Below, one piece after another: positions 38,066-48,791 of a DNA stretch of 64,000 nt. The stretch spans positions 1 through 64,000 of the IMG/VR virus record IMGVR_UViG_3300017963_000011. One strand, 5' to 3'. How positions within the stretch are numbered: the first letter of the stretch is position 1; the number at the start of each line of letters is the position of its first letter. Source of the DNA: a virus. The position numbers and the translations under genes are program-made. Under the pieces are notes generated by a model. The model did not search any database. It saw only the letters and a program-made list of their open reading frames with translations, and was not told the DNA's origin.

Positions 38066-39589
38066 ATGGCAATTTGCTACTTGGATGGCGTTACGGGTGA
38101 CGATGCCAACGATGGTTCCAGTTTCGTTTTGGCCAAGAAGACTTACGCGGCTGCGTTGACAGTTGTTGCCGGCGCAGATCCGCAGATCATCGTTCTGGTG
38201 AGAGGCTACTTCAGAGAAGGTAACTTCGGCGCTCCCAACATTCAGAACGGAAAGTTCCAGCATAACATCTGTCTCGGTCAGGTCATCTTTGATGGCGAGG
38301 GAACGAAAACCAAGTTTTCCGATTACGCAACTCAGGATGGCGTGATTTGGACCGGAGCCATTTTCAAAGACTACACGACAGACTATTTCGTGTGGTCAAA
38401 CAACCTCGGCGGCGTCGGTCACATGTGGTTCGATTGTTCGTTCATCAATAACCTCGGAGGAAGCCCGGACGTTTACAGCTATCCGTGGACTCTCGCGAAG
38501 TTCTACAACTGCACGTTCATCGACATCAACTTCCAGTCCAACATAACGATCATGTCGTCGATCATGGATGCGAACTGCACGGGCGGAAACCCGATCGTCG
38601 CATACAACGCATCTGCCACGGCCAGTTGGCGAGGCACGGGTGGCTGGGACATCGCTACCTATCCGCCTCCATTCACGGATGCTGGCAATGGCGACTATTC
38701 GTTCGATTCCGGCCACGCCCAATTCACGCGATACAGGACATTGGGAATGGATGGTAGCCAGTGTGGCGCGTCCTTCCTTGGCGGGGTGTTCTACCATGAA
38801 CAAGGTCCGGGCATTGGCCTTGATGACCATGTGCTTGGCACATGGGCCAACGATCAGTCCTACTACGATGACTCTTTCGATCCCGTTACTGTCTCGTCAG
38901 GCGTGAACGACAAGATCGACTTCACAGATGACGACGGTACATTCGCTGCTACGGTGGCAGCGGCTTCCTATACGGATGGTGCCACGCTTGCGACGGCCAT
39001 CCAGACAGCGCTGAATGCTACGGCATCGACTCAGACATACACCTGTACGTTCTCGTCAAGTCTGATGCGCTATACGATCGCCAACACAACTGGCGCACTC
39101 CTGAGCCTTCTTTGGAATTCTGGCGCGAACAAGCTGATCACTATCGGCGGCGATATCGGCTTTGACACTACAGCCGATGACACCGGAGCCTTGAACTATC
39201 AATCGGACAACGCAGTCACGGTCGACTCCCTCAACGGGTACACAAGAGTTGTTGTTGTTGGCAGCACATTCGAGATGGACATGGGTCTTGAACCGGCTGC
39301 TACTTCTGCACGAGTGCTCGGCCCTGTAAGTGACTACGGAAGGGCCATCGTTCCGAAAGGTCTGTTCTGGGCGGCGGCCGAGAGCAGCACGGATGTGGTT
39401 GACAATTCGCAGGCCACGTCAACGAGAGAAATCGAAGTGCGTGGACACTCGGCCGTCTTCAATAACACAGACGCGGGAGGTACTACAGACATCGACTGGA
39501 CGATGGTTGCGCGTGGCACGAACATGAGCTTCCTCGCGAAGCAGTGGTGGAACATGAGAGCGGTTCTTAGAAACAACGGGACACCCTAA
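38066..39589 (+). CDS. Tail protein, beta-helix-like N-terminus plus shared inserted domain
   Basis: GDDANDGSS..AKKTYAAAL N-terminus; shared domain at about 38891-39208. Confidence 0.65.
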   Translation: MAICYLDGVTGDDANDGSSFVLAKKTYAAALTVVAGADPQIIVLVRGYFREGNFGAPNIQNGKFQHNICLGQVIFDGEGTKTKFSDYATQDGVIWTGAIFKDYTTDYFVWSNNLGGVGHMWFDCSFINNLGGSPDVYSYPWTLAKFYNCTFIDINFQSNITIMSSIMDANCTGGNPIVAYNASATASWRGTGGWDIATYPPPFTDAGNGDYSFDSGHAQFTRYRTLGMDGSQCGASFLGGVFYHEQGPGIGLDDHVLGTWANDQSYYDDSFDPVTVSSGVNDKIDFTDDDGTFAATVAAASYTDGATLATAIQTALNATASTQTYTCTFSSSLMRYTIANTTGALLSLLWNSGANKLITIGGDIGFDTTADDTGALNYQSDNAVTVDSLNGYTRVVVVGSTFEMDMGLEPAATSARVLGPVSDYGRAIVPKGLFWAAAESSTDVVDNSQATSTREIEVRGHSAVFNNTDAGGTTDIDWTMVARGTNMSFLAKQWWNMRAVLRNNGTP

Positions 39590-42500
39590 TGGCTAATCCT
39601 GTTTTCAAAGGTCTAGGTTTCAATAACGGAGCCCCTACGTCGCCCCAGGTCATTTTCAGGGGGTTGGGCTTCAACAACTCTTATAAGATTCCTTTTCCTT
39701 TGAAATTCGATGGTCTTGGTTTCAACAACGCTTACAAGGTTCCGTTTCCTGTAGCCTACAGAGGCTCACATTTCGAGTCTGAGGAACTTCCACCGTTTGA
39801 GCCGAACCACTGGCGCATTCTCTACAACGATGTTCATCAAGTCGATCTTGACAATGCAGATCAGTCGTATTTCGAGCACAGTTCTTGGTCGAGCATGAGC
39901 ACGATCTGGTTCCAGCTTGAGATACTTGCTGAAGGCTTCACAACTCCGAGAGCGTTCTTTGAATTCGTGACAAAGCAAAGACGCTATACCTTCAAGGTTT
40001 CGGCTACACAACTGGTCATACCTGGACCTTCTGATACAACGATTACTCAGAATTTCTCTGCGGCAATTGTTCCTATAAAGGTAAGGGTTGATGGAGCAGA
40101 CGGTAGCCTTACCGTATGGGTTGATGAAGAAGAAGTTCACACGGGTTTCCGCCCCAACGTTCTCGATTTCGATGGCAATCGTCTGGCATACGGAAAACTC
40201 GACACAACCCCGGTGACAGGTGGCACGATCGCTTTCGATTACGTTCGAGAGTATTATGATCTCAACGATGTGTCTGCGCCGTGGGACAACACCTACGAAG
40301 CCAATTTTGACCCGGATGACATGCGAGCCGATCCAGCATGGAGTTACAAACTCTTCATTATTTACTACCTCTGGTGGAGTGCTCACGATCGACGGAAACC
40401 AAGCCGGTATCTATTACATGGAGATGGATACCAGTATCCGTGGTCATTGGGATGCTGACTCCGTTGGTGTCATAGAAATGGAGTCTCAACTTGCGGCCAA
40501 CGCCGGGCTCTACAAGTGGGGCATGGAGTTCCGCGTAGGCACCCAGCACGTACTCCTTTTCATGGGATATAACGGGACTACCGAAGTCATCCAGACCCGC
40601 AGTTCTCTCGGCGGTGCTGTAACAGAGTATGTTACTCCCGTCAGCGACAGCTACCACGTGTGGCGCTTCATCTGCGATTACTTGCACGACAAGTTCACGG
40701 TTGAGAAGGATGGCGATGAGCTATTCTCCATTCCATTCTACACGGATAGCAATAGTGGAGAAGTCATAAGGATCGGGTGCCCGGTCGGTGGTAGCGCTAC
40801 GCCGGGGAAGAATTGGAATATCAAGAACGTTCGATGGATGAAAGTTACCCCGATCTACAGCGTTTACGACTCGGCTATTTCCATTGAGCCAGGATGGAAC
40901 AAGATGTCGTTCGATCCTGACTATCCAGATTTGGAAGTCAACAATCCAACACGCACAGCGATCGGGCGCGTTGGCTGGCGTGTTTGTACGAACTCCGTTC
41001 TCGATGTGCTCGTTGATCCGGCAGTCGACCAGTTCGGCACCGACGAGACAGAGCATATTGCCAAGATCGACACATATCTCAACGACGGAACACTGGAATT
41101 CGAGCCTCGCGTAATTTCCTATGGAGATATCAGTAAGGCTCTCAGCGGTCGGGTTGGTAGTTACGAGCTTGCAGACTTTGAAGTCAAGATCGAAAACGTT
41201 ACCGGGTGGGGATCAAAGGTCTTCACGGATCACAACATCTCGTTGATCAATACACCATACGAGGTGAACTACGGACTCAAGGACGAGTTCTGGGAAGATT
41301 TCCACACCTTGTTCCGTGGTGTTGTTTCTGACATTCAGTTTGATGGCTTCACGATGGGTCTCAAGTTTACTGATCCAATGCCTCGTTACTTCAATCGCTT
41401 GCCGAACCAGTATGTTACATCTGATTCTTTCCCGAGCGTTGCAGATGATTTCGCTGGTTCCGTAGCAGCAATTATCGCGGGCACCGTAGAAACCGATACC
41501 GGCGCTCTCAAGGTGACGCCGGTTGATTGGGCTGTTGAAATCACCGATGGTTCTGGTAGTAAGCCGCAGAATGATAAGATCGATTTCAAGTACAAGCCAT
41601 TCGGCGGTAGCTTGACGACATACGCTGTTACTCTGACAAGCGGTGTCTACACAGATCCTGCGGCGCTCGCCGCCGAAGTCGAAACCAGAATGAACGCGGC
41701 GATGGGTTCTCCTCCTGGCGATCCTGGTTTTGATGTCACTTTTGATACAACAGAACGCAAGTTGCAGATCGAGGTCATCAAGGGTGGAGAGCTTACGCTG
41801 CAATGGTCAGAAGGTGCAAACGCCAGCATCAACGCTGCCGATGCTCTTGGTTTTGACAAAGATCAAGACAAGTCAGGTTCCAAGAAGGTCAAGTCAGACC
41901 GCAAGTATTGGAACAAGTTCGTTGTCGCAAGGCACTGGTGCAAAGAAGATTCCAATGCCAAGCTCTGGATCGAAGAAGATTATATTGGAGACAAGGATAG
42001 CCAGCAAGTCAATTTCACATTTGACCATGTAACGGCTGACAGTCTCAAGTGGACTCTGGTTCACACGCCATACAAGACGGTTGGCGATAGTGAGGCCAGG
42101 GTCAATATCTCTGGCGTGACTGATGATGAGTCCCCGAGCGGTACGCTCGTCACCGATCCTGTCGACTTCCTTGAGATCGTGCTTTCCAGGTTTGTCGAGT
42201 TGCCAGACAGTCTCTTAGACAATGACTCGTTTGTCACAGCCAAAGTCTTTACTGTTCGCAATAGCTATCAAGTCGCTGGCGCCGTGACACAAGACGTTGA
42301 GTGGACCACGTTCATCGAAGAGTATTGCTACAACTTCCGCATGGATGTGTGGCTAAAGAACAACGGCAAGATTGCTTGTGGGTTCTTTGAAACAACAGTC
42401 AATGATCCTGATGCTCGGCATATCACAGACATCGTTGACATCTTGGATGGGTCTTACAAGTATAGCACTGAGTTCACAAGCATCATCAATAAGATAAGGT

Positions 42501-43057
42501 ACGAATTCAAGAGGGATTACGTCACAGACACGTACCTTCTTTCGAGTTTTGAAGATGATCAGTCATCGATACAGAGGACGAAGCAGGTTTATGAATGGCC
42601 AGAGGGCACGCTGCAACTTAACTGGATACGTGACATTGTTACAGCACAGCGTGTCGTAGCTGCTACGATCAATCTCTTTTCCGAGGCCAATCCAATCGTC
42701 ACGATGGAGATCCCTTTTACAGGGCAGTTCGAGCCTGTGGATCTAACGGACAAGTTGAACATTACGACTGCACAGGGTCCGTTCTATGATGCAGCTACTA
42801 ATATTCGTGGATATACTAATCGTTTACATCGAGTTATCGAGGTAGCGGTTGATATTAACGATTACAAGATGGACATCAAGCTCCAGGACATGTTTAGGCT
42901 TTCGTATAACTGTTTCTTTCTCGGAGATGACACCTGGGATACGGACGAGCTTGACTGGCTCACTGCCAGCGAGGAGAATCAGCAGACTTACGGATACCTC
43001 TGTGATGAAACAAGTGGCCAATTCTCAAATGGCGATCCTGGAAAGAGACTTTGTTAA
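39589..43057 (+). CDS. Tail tip/hub protein split by a +1 frame change near 40340 (ORFs 39589..40458 and 40220..43057)
   Basis: Protein-like sequence continues DPAW to VTNSSLFTTSGGVL across frames; tail-hub-like C-terminal part. Confidence 0.6.
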
Positions 43058-43068
43058 GGAGATAGCCG

Positions 43069-44127
43069 ATGGGCGCTGTCGGAAGCGATGCAATTTTTGT
43101 TGATGGGACAGAGTTTGTTCTGAATCAGCTTTTCGGCTATCAGAGCGCAGAGGCTGGGCGCGAGCGGGGCATTCGCCTGCGCGACGGTTTCGAGTATCAG
43201 CACGCATGGGATGATACTTCAACAGATGACCCTGGCGGCGGCTGGTCGCATGATTGGCCCCTTGGTGCTCATGTGGGGACGATCGGCTGGCCAGCAGATC
43301 CTTCGCAGACACAGTTCTACGGTGATGGCGCTGGTATCACTAACATTGGTTCCAATGGTGGTCTCAAAGATCTCTCGCAGTCATTTTCTAGTGCCCAACA
43401 GTGTCTTAGCGCAACTGAATATCCACTTGCTCCGGGAAACCAGATAAGTCCGTTTCGAGCGATTATTCTGGCAACTTGGTATGACGCCACTGGTATCACT
43501 CCTGGAGTCTGGTATGCCAATACCGCAGTGCCGGGTGGTAGCCGTGTTGCTTATGATTTAACAGCAGCGTCGGGGGGACCATGGCCCACCATTGGAGACA
43601 TGCCAGTACAAACTTGTATTTGGCTTTCTGGCGATTTCACGTTGCATCTTCACTTTATGGTTGTTGCCAAGAATACGAATGGGTTTCAATGGGGCTCTGG
43701 CGATTCCATGCTCATTCGTCCCTTGTTCATCGGCCAGAATGGAACTACTTACTCATATCCATCGGATGATATCTCCATCACTACGGGGAACAATTTCCCA
43801 GACAGAGTTCAAACTTGGCACTGGCACTGCCATTGGGTTGGAAATATCACTTCCATGCCAGCTCAATTCTACTCAATCTTGTGGCAGATACAGGGCTCAT
43901 GGATAGACTTCTTTAGCGGTGGTGGCGGTCCAGTTTGGGTTCAATTCTACTGCATGTCCAGAGGGCAGGTTTCCAACATAAACAGTTATGCGCCATCGGC
44001 AGGAGGGGCGCTTTTGAACAAAGCACAGCTTGGCGTTGGGGCATACTCGACTTTCAATGGTCTCGGTCAGACGTACCAATGTCAGGGCATCGACTCCTTC
44101 AACATGTTTCCGATTTTCGCTACCTAG
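43069..44127 (+). CDS. Tail-associated protein
   Basis: AAGGAG RBS; G/W-rich. Confidence 0.6.
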   Translation: MGAVGSDAIFVDGTEFVLNQLFGYQSAEAGRERGIRLRDGFEYQHAWDDTSTDDPGGGWSHDWPLGAHVGTIGWPADPSQTQFYGDGAGITNIGSNGGLKDLSQSFSSAQQCLSATEYPLAPGNQISPFRAIILATWYDATGITPGVWYANTAVPGGSRVAYDLTAASGGPWPTIGDMPVQTCIWLSGDFTLHLHFMVVAKNTNGFQWGSGDSMLIRPLFIGQNGTTYSYPSDDISITTGNNFPDRVQTWHWHCHWVGNITSMPAQFYSILWQIQGSWIDFFSGGGGPVWVQFYCMSRGQVSNINSYAPSAGGALLNKAQLGVGAYSTFNGLGQTYQCQGIDSFNMFPIFAT

Positions 44128-44157
44128 TGGTAGCGCTACCATACGAGAGGAAAACCT

Positions 44158-44562
44158 ATGCCTCGACCGGAACTCGATAGTGACAGGTCACATCTTCTCA
44201 AGATCTATATCGGAAACGAGAAGAAGTACAAATTCGTCCTACGTGACGAGAACAACGATCCGATACCGCTCACCGTGAGTGATATCTTGTATCTCGCAGT
44301 CAAGAAGAATCCCAAAACAGAAGATGACGCCGATGCCATTTTCAAAAAGACGATCGCACTCACTGGCCAGCCGCCGGCTGATCTCTCAAACGGCATTGTC
44401 CGTTTTACAATTACGCCAGCAGAGTCAGGAGCCATCACGGTAGTTGGCAGGTTCCGCTGGGATTGCATGGTGTGGAGATCCGCAGGTTCTTCCATTAAGA
44501 ACGTGCCCGATCCGGCGGGCCATGTCGTTATCGCATATCCAGTACGTCGATCCACGACCTAG
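44158..44562 (+). CDS. BppU-like beta-sandwich tail protein
   Basis: F.LRDEN..PI.LT...AVKK...GIVRFTITPAES pattern. Confidence 0.6.
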   Translation: MPRPELDSDRSHLLKIYIGNEKKYKFVLRDENNDPIPLTVSDILYLAVKKNPKTEDDADAIFKKTIALTGQPPADLSNGIVRFTITPAESGAITVVGRFRWDCMVWRSAGSSIKNVPDPAGHVVIAYPVRRSTT

Positions 44563-44592
44563 AGCCACGGGCTAGAGAGGAGGTCGCCCCAA

Positions 44593-44862
44593 ATGGTGGT
44601 CTCGGTAGATTTCGGAGCGTTTGAAGGTGGGGCGCCTGTCTGGCGTGACGTTTCTGCTTTGACAGAACTCGTTACCAGGCAGCGGTATCAGACCCCGGAA
44701 AAATTTATCGAGACGAGTCTGGCCGTTTACTTCAACGGTCAAGTCCTAGACCGAGAGTCCGACAATGGCTTTACGGTCATCGATGATGAAACGTTTGAGT
44801 TGAAAACAGCGATCCCGGCAGGACGCGTATTTACACTCTTCGTCAGCTACGCCGAACTATAA
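44593..44862 (+). CDS. Small virion protein
   Basis: AVYFNGQVL module also seen in 44880 and 49741 products. Confidence 0.6.
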   Translation: MVVSVDFGAFEGGAPVWRDVSALTELVTRQRYQTPEKFIETSLAVYFNGQVLDRESDNGFTVIDDETFELKTAIPAGRVFTLFVSYAEL

Positions 44863-44879
44863 GATAGAAAGGAAGAGAG

Positions 44880-46247
44880 ATGGGCCAGAAATCCCTTCTC
44901 GACCAGGATCTACAAATCCGAGCGTCGACCACCTACGATGACGCTATCGCGAGTGCCCAGACTGTTGGTGTTGCCGAGGGACAGACGAACTTGCTCGGCG
45001 ACCTCAACGTGATGCGCACTCTTCTCAAGCTACAGATGGGCGTGACCAACTGGTATGACGCACCCGACCAAACGCTGGCCGACATCTATGGCAGGTTCTT
45101 CATCAACCTGCTTCAGCAGTCGGGCTTCATCGATGTGGCCAGTGGTACGGGCGGATCGACAAACGCCTTCGATACTGCGATCAAGACCATCACCAATCAC
45201 AATAGCGGTGGAGGTAACAGCACGACAGAGGGTGTCGTCGTAGACACCACAAAGGTGCATCGCCTGTCGATCCGTAACCACGATACGCAGGACGCCATCG
45301 ATGATGGATCTGGCAATGAAGTCTACGGTCGTCTGTCGTGGTCTGGCACCGAGTACATCATCACATGGTACTCGATGGTGTCGGGCACGGAGACCGCTTA
45401 CAGCTTCACGTCTTCGGTCGATATCGATCTCGCCTGTGTTCTCGTGTCGCGCGAGTACCAGGATCTGGAATGGGATCGCTTCATCGACCCGTCATTCCAC
45501 GACATGGCCGGTTTCACCGGGTCCATCTCCGACGACAACGTTGTTGTCGATGGCATGCTCTACCTGTACAACGGTCTGACAACTCAGGCTCAGGTCAACG
45601 CGCAGGGTGACAAGCTCGGCCACGGCGACACCGCAGCCGAGGGCGCTCACCTCGTCAAGATCAACGACTCGGCCACGGGTGGCGGCTCCAACGGCTACTT
45701 CACCGGGGATGACGTGCAGGACGCTTTCACGGAACTGAAGACGCAGATCGGCGGCACGACGTCGACGACCTACAACTTCACCGAGAACAACGTCCTGACC
45801 GACAACGACTACATCTACCCCGCGCTGGAGAAGCTCGATCTCAAGTGGGGAGATCTCGCGAGTGTGGCCACGGGCGAGGGCGCCAGCCTCGTCGGTGTCG
45901 AAGACACAGGCGGGTATTTCACGGGCACCGACGTCGAGGCTGTTCTCCAGGAGATCGGTCAGGAACTCGACGATCAGGGAGTCCAGAAGTACCAGCATAC
46001 GGAAACCAGCGTCATCACGGGTGGCACCCCATGGACCCTCCCCGGCTCGCTCCAGTACACCCCGGACTCCGGTGGTCACGCCCAGAACATGGACGTGTAC
46101 CTGGAAGGCCAGTTGCAGCACGGCGGTATCCTCACGGACACCACGACCGACTACCAGGAAGCCGCAACGGGTGCTCTGCGCACGCAGATCACTTGGAACA
46201 AGACCATCCCGGCCAACCGCAATTTCACGTTCATGGTTCGCAAGTAG
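44880..46247 (+). CDS. Virion fibre-type protein with internal repeats
   Basis: Two GA.LV...D..GYFTG.DV...L.E repeats; MCP-like codon bias. Confidence 0.7.
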   Translation: MGQKSLLDQDLQIRASTTYDDAIASAQTVGVAEGQTNLLGDLNVMRTLLKLQMGVTNWYDAPDQTLADIYGRFFINLLQQSGFIDVASGTGGSTNAFDTAIKTITNHNSGGGNSTTEGVVVDTTKVHRLSIRNHDTQDAIDDGSGNEVYGRLSWSGTEYIITWYSMVSGTETAYSFTSSVDIDLACVLVSREYQDLEWDRFIDPSFHDMAGFTGSISDDNVVVDGMLYLYNGLTTQAQVNAQGDKLGHGDTAAEGAHLVKINDSATGGGSNGYFTGDDVQDAFTELKTQIGGTTSTTYNFTENNVLTDNDYIYPALEKLDLKWGDLASVATGEGASLVGVEDTGGYFTGTDVEAVLQEIGQELDDQGVQKYQHTETSVITGGTPWTLPGSLQYTPDSGGHAQNMDVYLEGQLQHGGILTDTTTDYQEAATGALRTQITWNKTIPANRNFTFMVRK

Positions 46248-46254
46248 TCTGAAT

Positions 46255-46282
46255 GGCCTCCCCCTGGAGTCAGGGGGAGGCC
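46255..46282 (+). terminator. 12 bp hairpin (no U tract)
   Basis: GGCCTCCCCCTG-GAGT-CAGGGGGAGGCC. Confidence 0.55.
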
Positions 46283-46299
46283 CCTACTCCTAGAAAGGC

Positions 46300-46788
46300 T
46301 TGGATACTATGCCTGACAAGCAAGATACCAAAGCCCCCGAGTCTCTCGACGACATCAAAACGGAAGTCTTCAACAAGGTGACTGGCCCGAGAGGGGCACA
46401 CGCTGTTCTCGAAGCCGCGAAGCAGAAGAAGAAACGTCTCCTGGATGAGAAGGAGAGACTGAAGCAGAGAGGGGCCTTCATCGAGGGCCAGCTTGCATCG
46501 ACAGATGAAATCATCGCCACTCTGGAGTTGATGATCAAGGAGTGTGGCCTCAGCAATGTGGTCACGTTTGCCACCGGAACGGTCGGAGAGCCGATCGCAA
46601 AAGAAGAAACCGTTGTCGCCGACGAGGAGATGGAGAAGCACAGGGCCGCCGGGCGATGCCTCTACGTCCACTTCGTTCAGGTGAAGGGCGGCAGGAAGAG
46701 GAAGTTCTGCAATCGCAAGGGCTCCAAGAAATACGGGGGCTACTGCAAGATGCACTGGGATCGAGTGAACGGTGGGAAAGAAAACTGA
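46300..46788 (+). CDS. Coiled-coil protein with C-terminal C/H finger
   Basis: RCL...FCNR...YCKMH. Confidence 0.65.
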   Translation: MDTMPDKQDTKAPESLDDIKTEVFNKVTGPRGAHAVLEAAKQKKKRLLDEKERLKQRGAFIEGQLASTDEIIATLELMIKECGLSNVVTFATGTVGEPIAKEETVVADEEMEKHRAAGRCLYVHFVQVKGGRKRKFCNRKGSKKYGGYCKMHWDRVNGGKEN

Positions 46789-47581
46789 GATTCTCGGTCA
46801 GCAGGCAGATGGGGAATTTCTCCTAGAAGAGGAGTTCCCCATCTCGAAGACCGTGACTCCAGATCACGGTGATGCTCCGGTCTACAATGAAGTCACCGGG
46901 AAGTACGAGCCTGCCCCGGTGGCTGGTGGTCACGCACGCCTTCATGAGATCGAGAGTCCTCTCGATCACAATGTCCAGGGAACCTTGTTGGATCGCCAAA
47001 CGATCCAGTACAACCTCGCTGATGAGAAATGGGAATTCACTGATTTCCCAGACGCGAATGCCACTCTTTTACCTGGCGTGACGATGTTAGGCACTGTGCT
47101 GAACTATCCTAAATCAGCATCTTTCGGTGCAGCTTCCGATATTCAGTATGTCCGTGTTTTCTTGGTTGAGGATGCGGAATACGACTCGTTCGTTGTCTTT
47201 GTCACGAATCGAGTTGCCTCTGTCGATATCCGTTTGGGCATCTATTCCCAGACTGATCCGAGTGATATTGATTTAGATCCCAATTCTAAGGTTGCAGAAA
47301 CAAATGTGCGAACGATCCTCGCGGCAGATGAGGGCACATTTGTCGAGGTAGCTCTAACATCAAGCTACACTGTCCCAACAAGCGGCTACTATTGGTTCGC
47401 TATGATCTACGACGGAACCCCAAACTCAGTGTCATTTGCTACGAGTGAGACTTTCCCTGCCGACTATCTTCCAAGAAGAGAAGAGAGCGGTTCTGGAGAT
47501 ACGCTTCCTGCAACAGCGTCCGGTCTTACTAATCCAGCAAGCGCGGTCATTCTCGTGGCAGCTAAGAAAGCGGTGACGTAA
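46772..47581 (+). CDS. Tail fibre-type protein
   Basis: IRLGIY...GYYWFA beta-sandwich pattern. Confidence 0.6.
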   Translation: MGKKTEILGQQADGEFLLEEEFPISKTVTPDHGDAPVYNEVTGKYEPAPVAGGHARLHEIESPLDHNVQGTLLDRQTIQYNLADEKWEFTDFPDANATLLPGVTMLGTVLNYPKSASFGAASDIQYVRVFLVEDAEYDSFVVFVTNRVASVDIRLGIYSQTDPSDIDLDPNSKVAETNVRTILAADEGTFVEVALTSSYTVPTSGYYWFAMIYDGTPNSVSFATSETFPADYLPRREESGSGDTLPATASGLTNPASAVILVAAKKAVT

Positions 47582-48240
47582 TGCCCGTTATTCCTTGCGA
47601 TCTTATGGAGCAAGAGTTCAGAGAGCACAAGCTAGGCATGCTCATCGACGGGGTTTCCTTCGAGCAGGAAGCTAATCTCTGGAGTAACACTCCTCTGCAA
47701 ATTGCACAAGATTTGCACATCCAAGAAGCGTGGATCGAGTGGGAGAGTTGCAAGATAGGAGATTACGGTTTCATTGTGGCCATTCATCCTGAAGGAGAAA
47801 CCAATCTCAAGGCAAGTGCGTCTCAGGGCGCAACCTCTGTGAATGTTGGCGCGGCCTATGCGCCATATTACAATCCGGCGAATGGAAAGCGCTCCATAGA
47901 ATTCTGGAACGCTGCCGAAACCGAGCTTCTCGAAGTTCGTACCGTTACTGGTATCTCAAGCCCGAATGTGAACTTCACACCTGGGCTTGCTGCCGCTCGC
48001 GATACGACGGTAAAGGTCAAGCCGGTTTACGGTCGCTACGGTCCAATTCGCGGATCGAATGGAAACCTCGGCGGTTACAGGATGATCGCTTCGGGGGTAG
48101 CCCATATCGAGAATCCATTCTCGATTTCAGCGAGGCTTCCTTCTGGTTTCATCATTGGCGTTCGTGTGAAGACTGTTAGCACCTCTGGCACTCGACAGTT
48201 TGCCATCAACTTCTTATTCAGATCACCAGAAGATGAATAA
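47581..48240 (+). CDS. Virion-associated hypothetical protein
   Basis: TAATG-coupled. Confidence 0.6.
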   Translation: MPVIPCDLMEQEFREHKLGMLIDGVSFEQEANLWSNTPLQIAQDLHIQEAWIEWESCKIGDYGFIVAIHPEGETNLKASASQGATSVNVGAAYAPYYNPANGKRSIEFWNAAETELLEVRTVTGISSPNVNFTPGLAAARDTTVKVKPVYGRYGPIRGSNGNLGGYRMIASGVAHIENPFSISARLPSGFIIGVRVKTVSTSGTRQFAINFLFRSPEDE

Positions 48241-48787
48241 ACGTGCTGGCGACATAGTGCTGTTCAAGGTGAAAGCCAAGCACCTCTGGAAGAGTCCTCT
48301 TTCGTTTTTAATAGGACTCTTTCAGGGAAGTCGCTGTACGCATACTGCCATTTTGTCAGAGCCGTCTAATAGCGTAGTTGTAGAAGCGTGGTGGCCCCTC
48401 TGCCGCGCTCATGCTATCGACTACGATCTCTACGAGATTGCTTTCATTCGACCTAAACTCATCACTGAAGGTGAGCAGATCTCGGCTGCAATGACAGCCC
48501 GACGCATGATCGGGACTAAATGTGCTTATGATGAGCCGGCCTTAATTGGCTTGGCCAAGTTCTTCCTGATCGAGCGCTTTCTTGGCATCCCGATACGTAA
48601 GGCGTTCTATAATACAGACAGTCCAGACAAGTATTTCTGCTCCGAACTCGTGGCGGTTTGCTATATGATGGCTGGCTTCTCACTTGCGAGTCTCCTCGGC
48701 TTCAAGGACTATTCGCAGATCACCCCGTCCGACTTCGAGCGACAGATCGACAAGTTTACGATTATAGAAAGAACCGAAGGCTGGTAA
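48233..48787 (+). CDS. Permuted papain-like NlpC/P60 amidase (YiiX/YebB-like)
   Basis: GDIVLF...HTAI...YD...YFCSELVA..Y...TPSDF. Confidence 0.85.
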   Translation: MNKRAGDIVLFKVKAKHLWKSPLSFLIGLFQGSRCTHTAILSEPSNSVVVEAWWPLCRAHAIDYDLYEIAFIRPKLITEGEQISAAMTARRMIGTKCAYDEPALIGLAKFFLIERFLGIPIRKAFYNTDSPDKYFCSELVAVCYMMAGFSLASLLGFKDYSQITPSDFERQIDKFTIIERTEGW

Positions 48788-48791
48788 GCCA

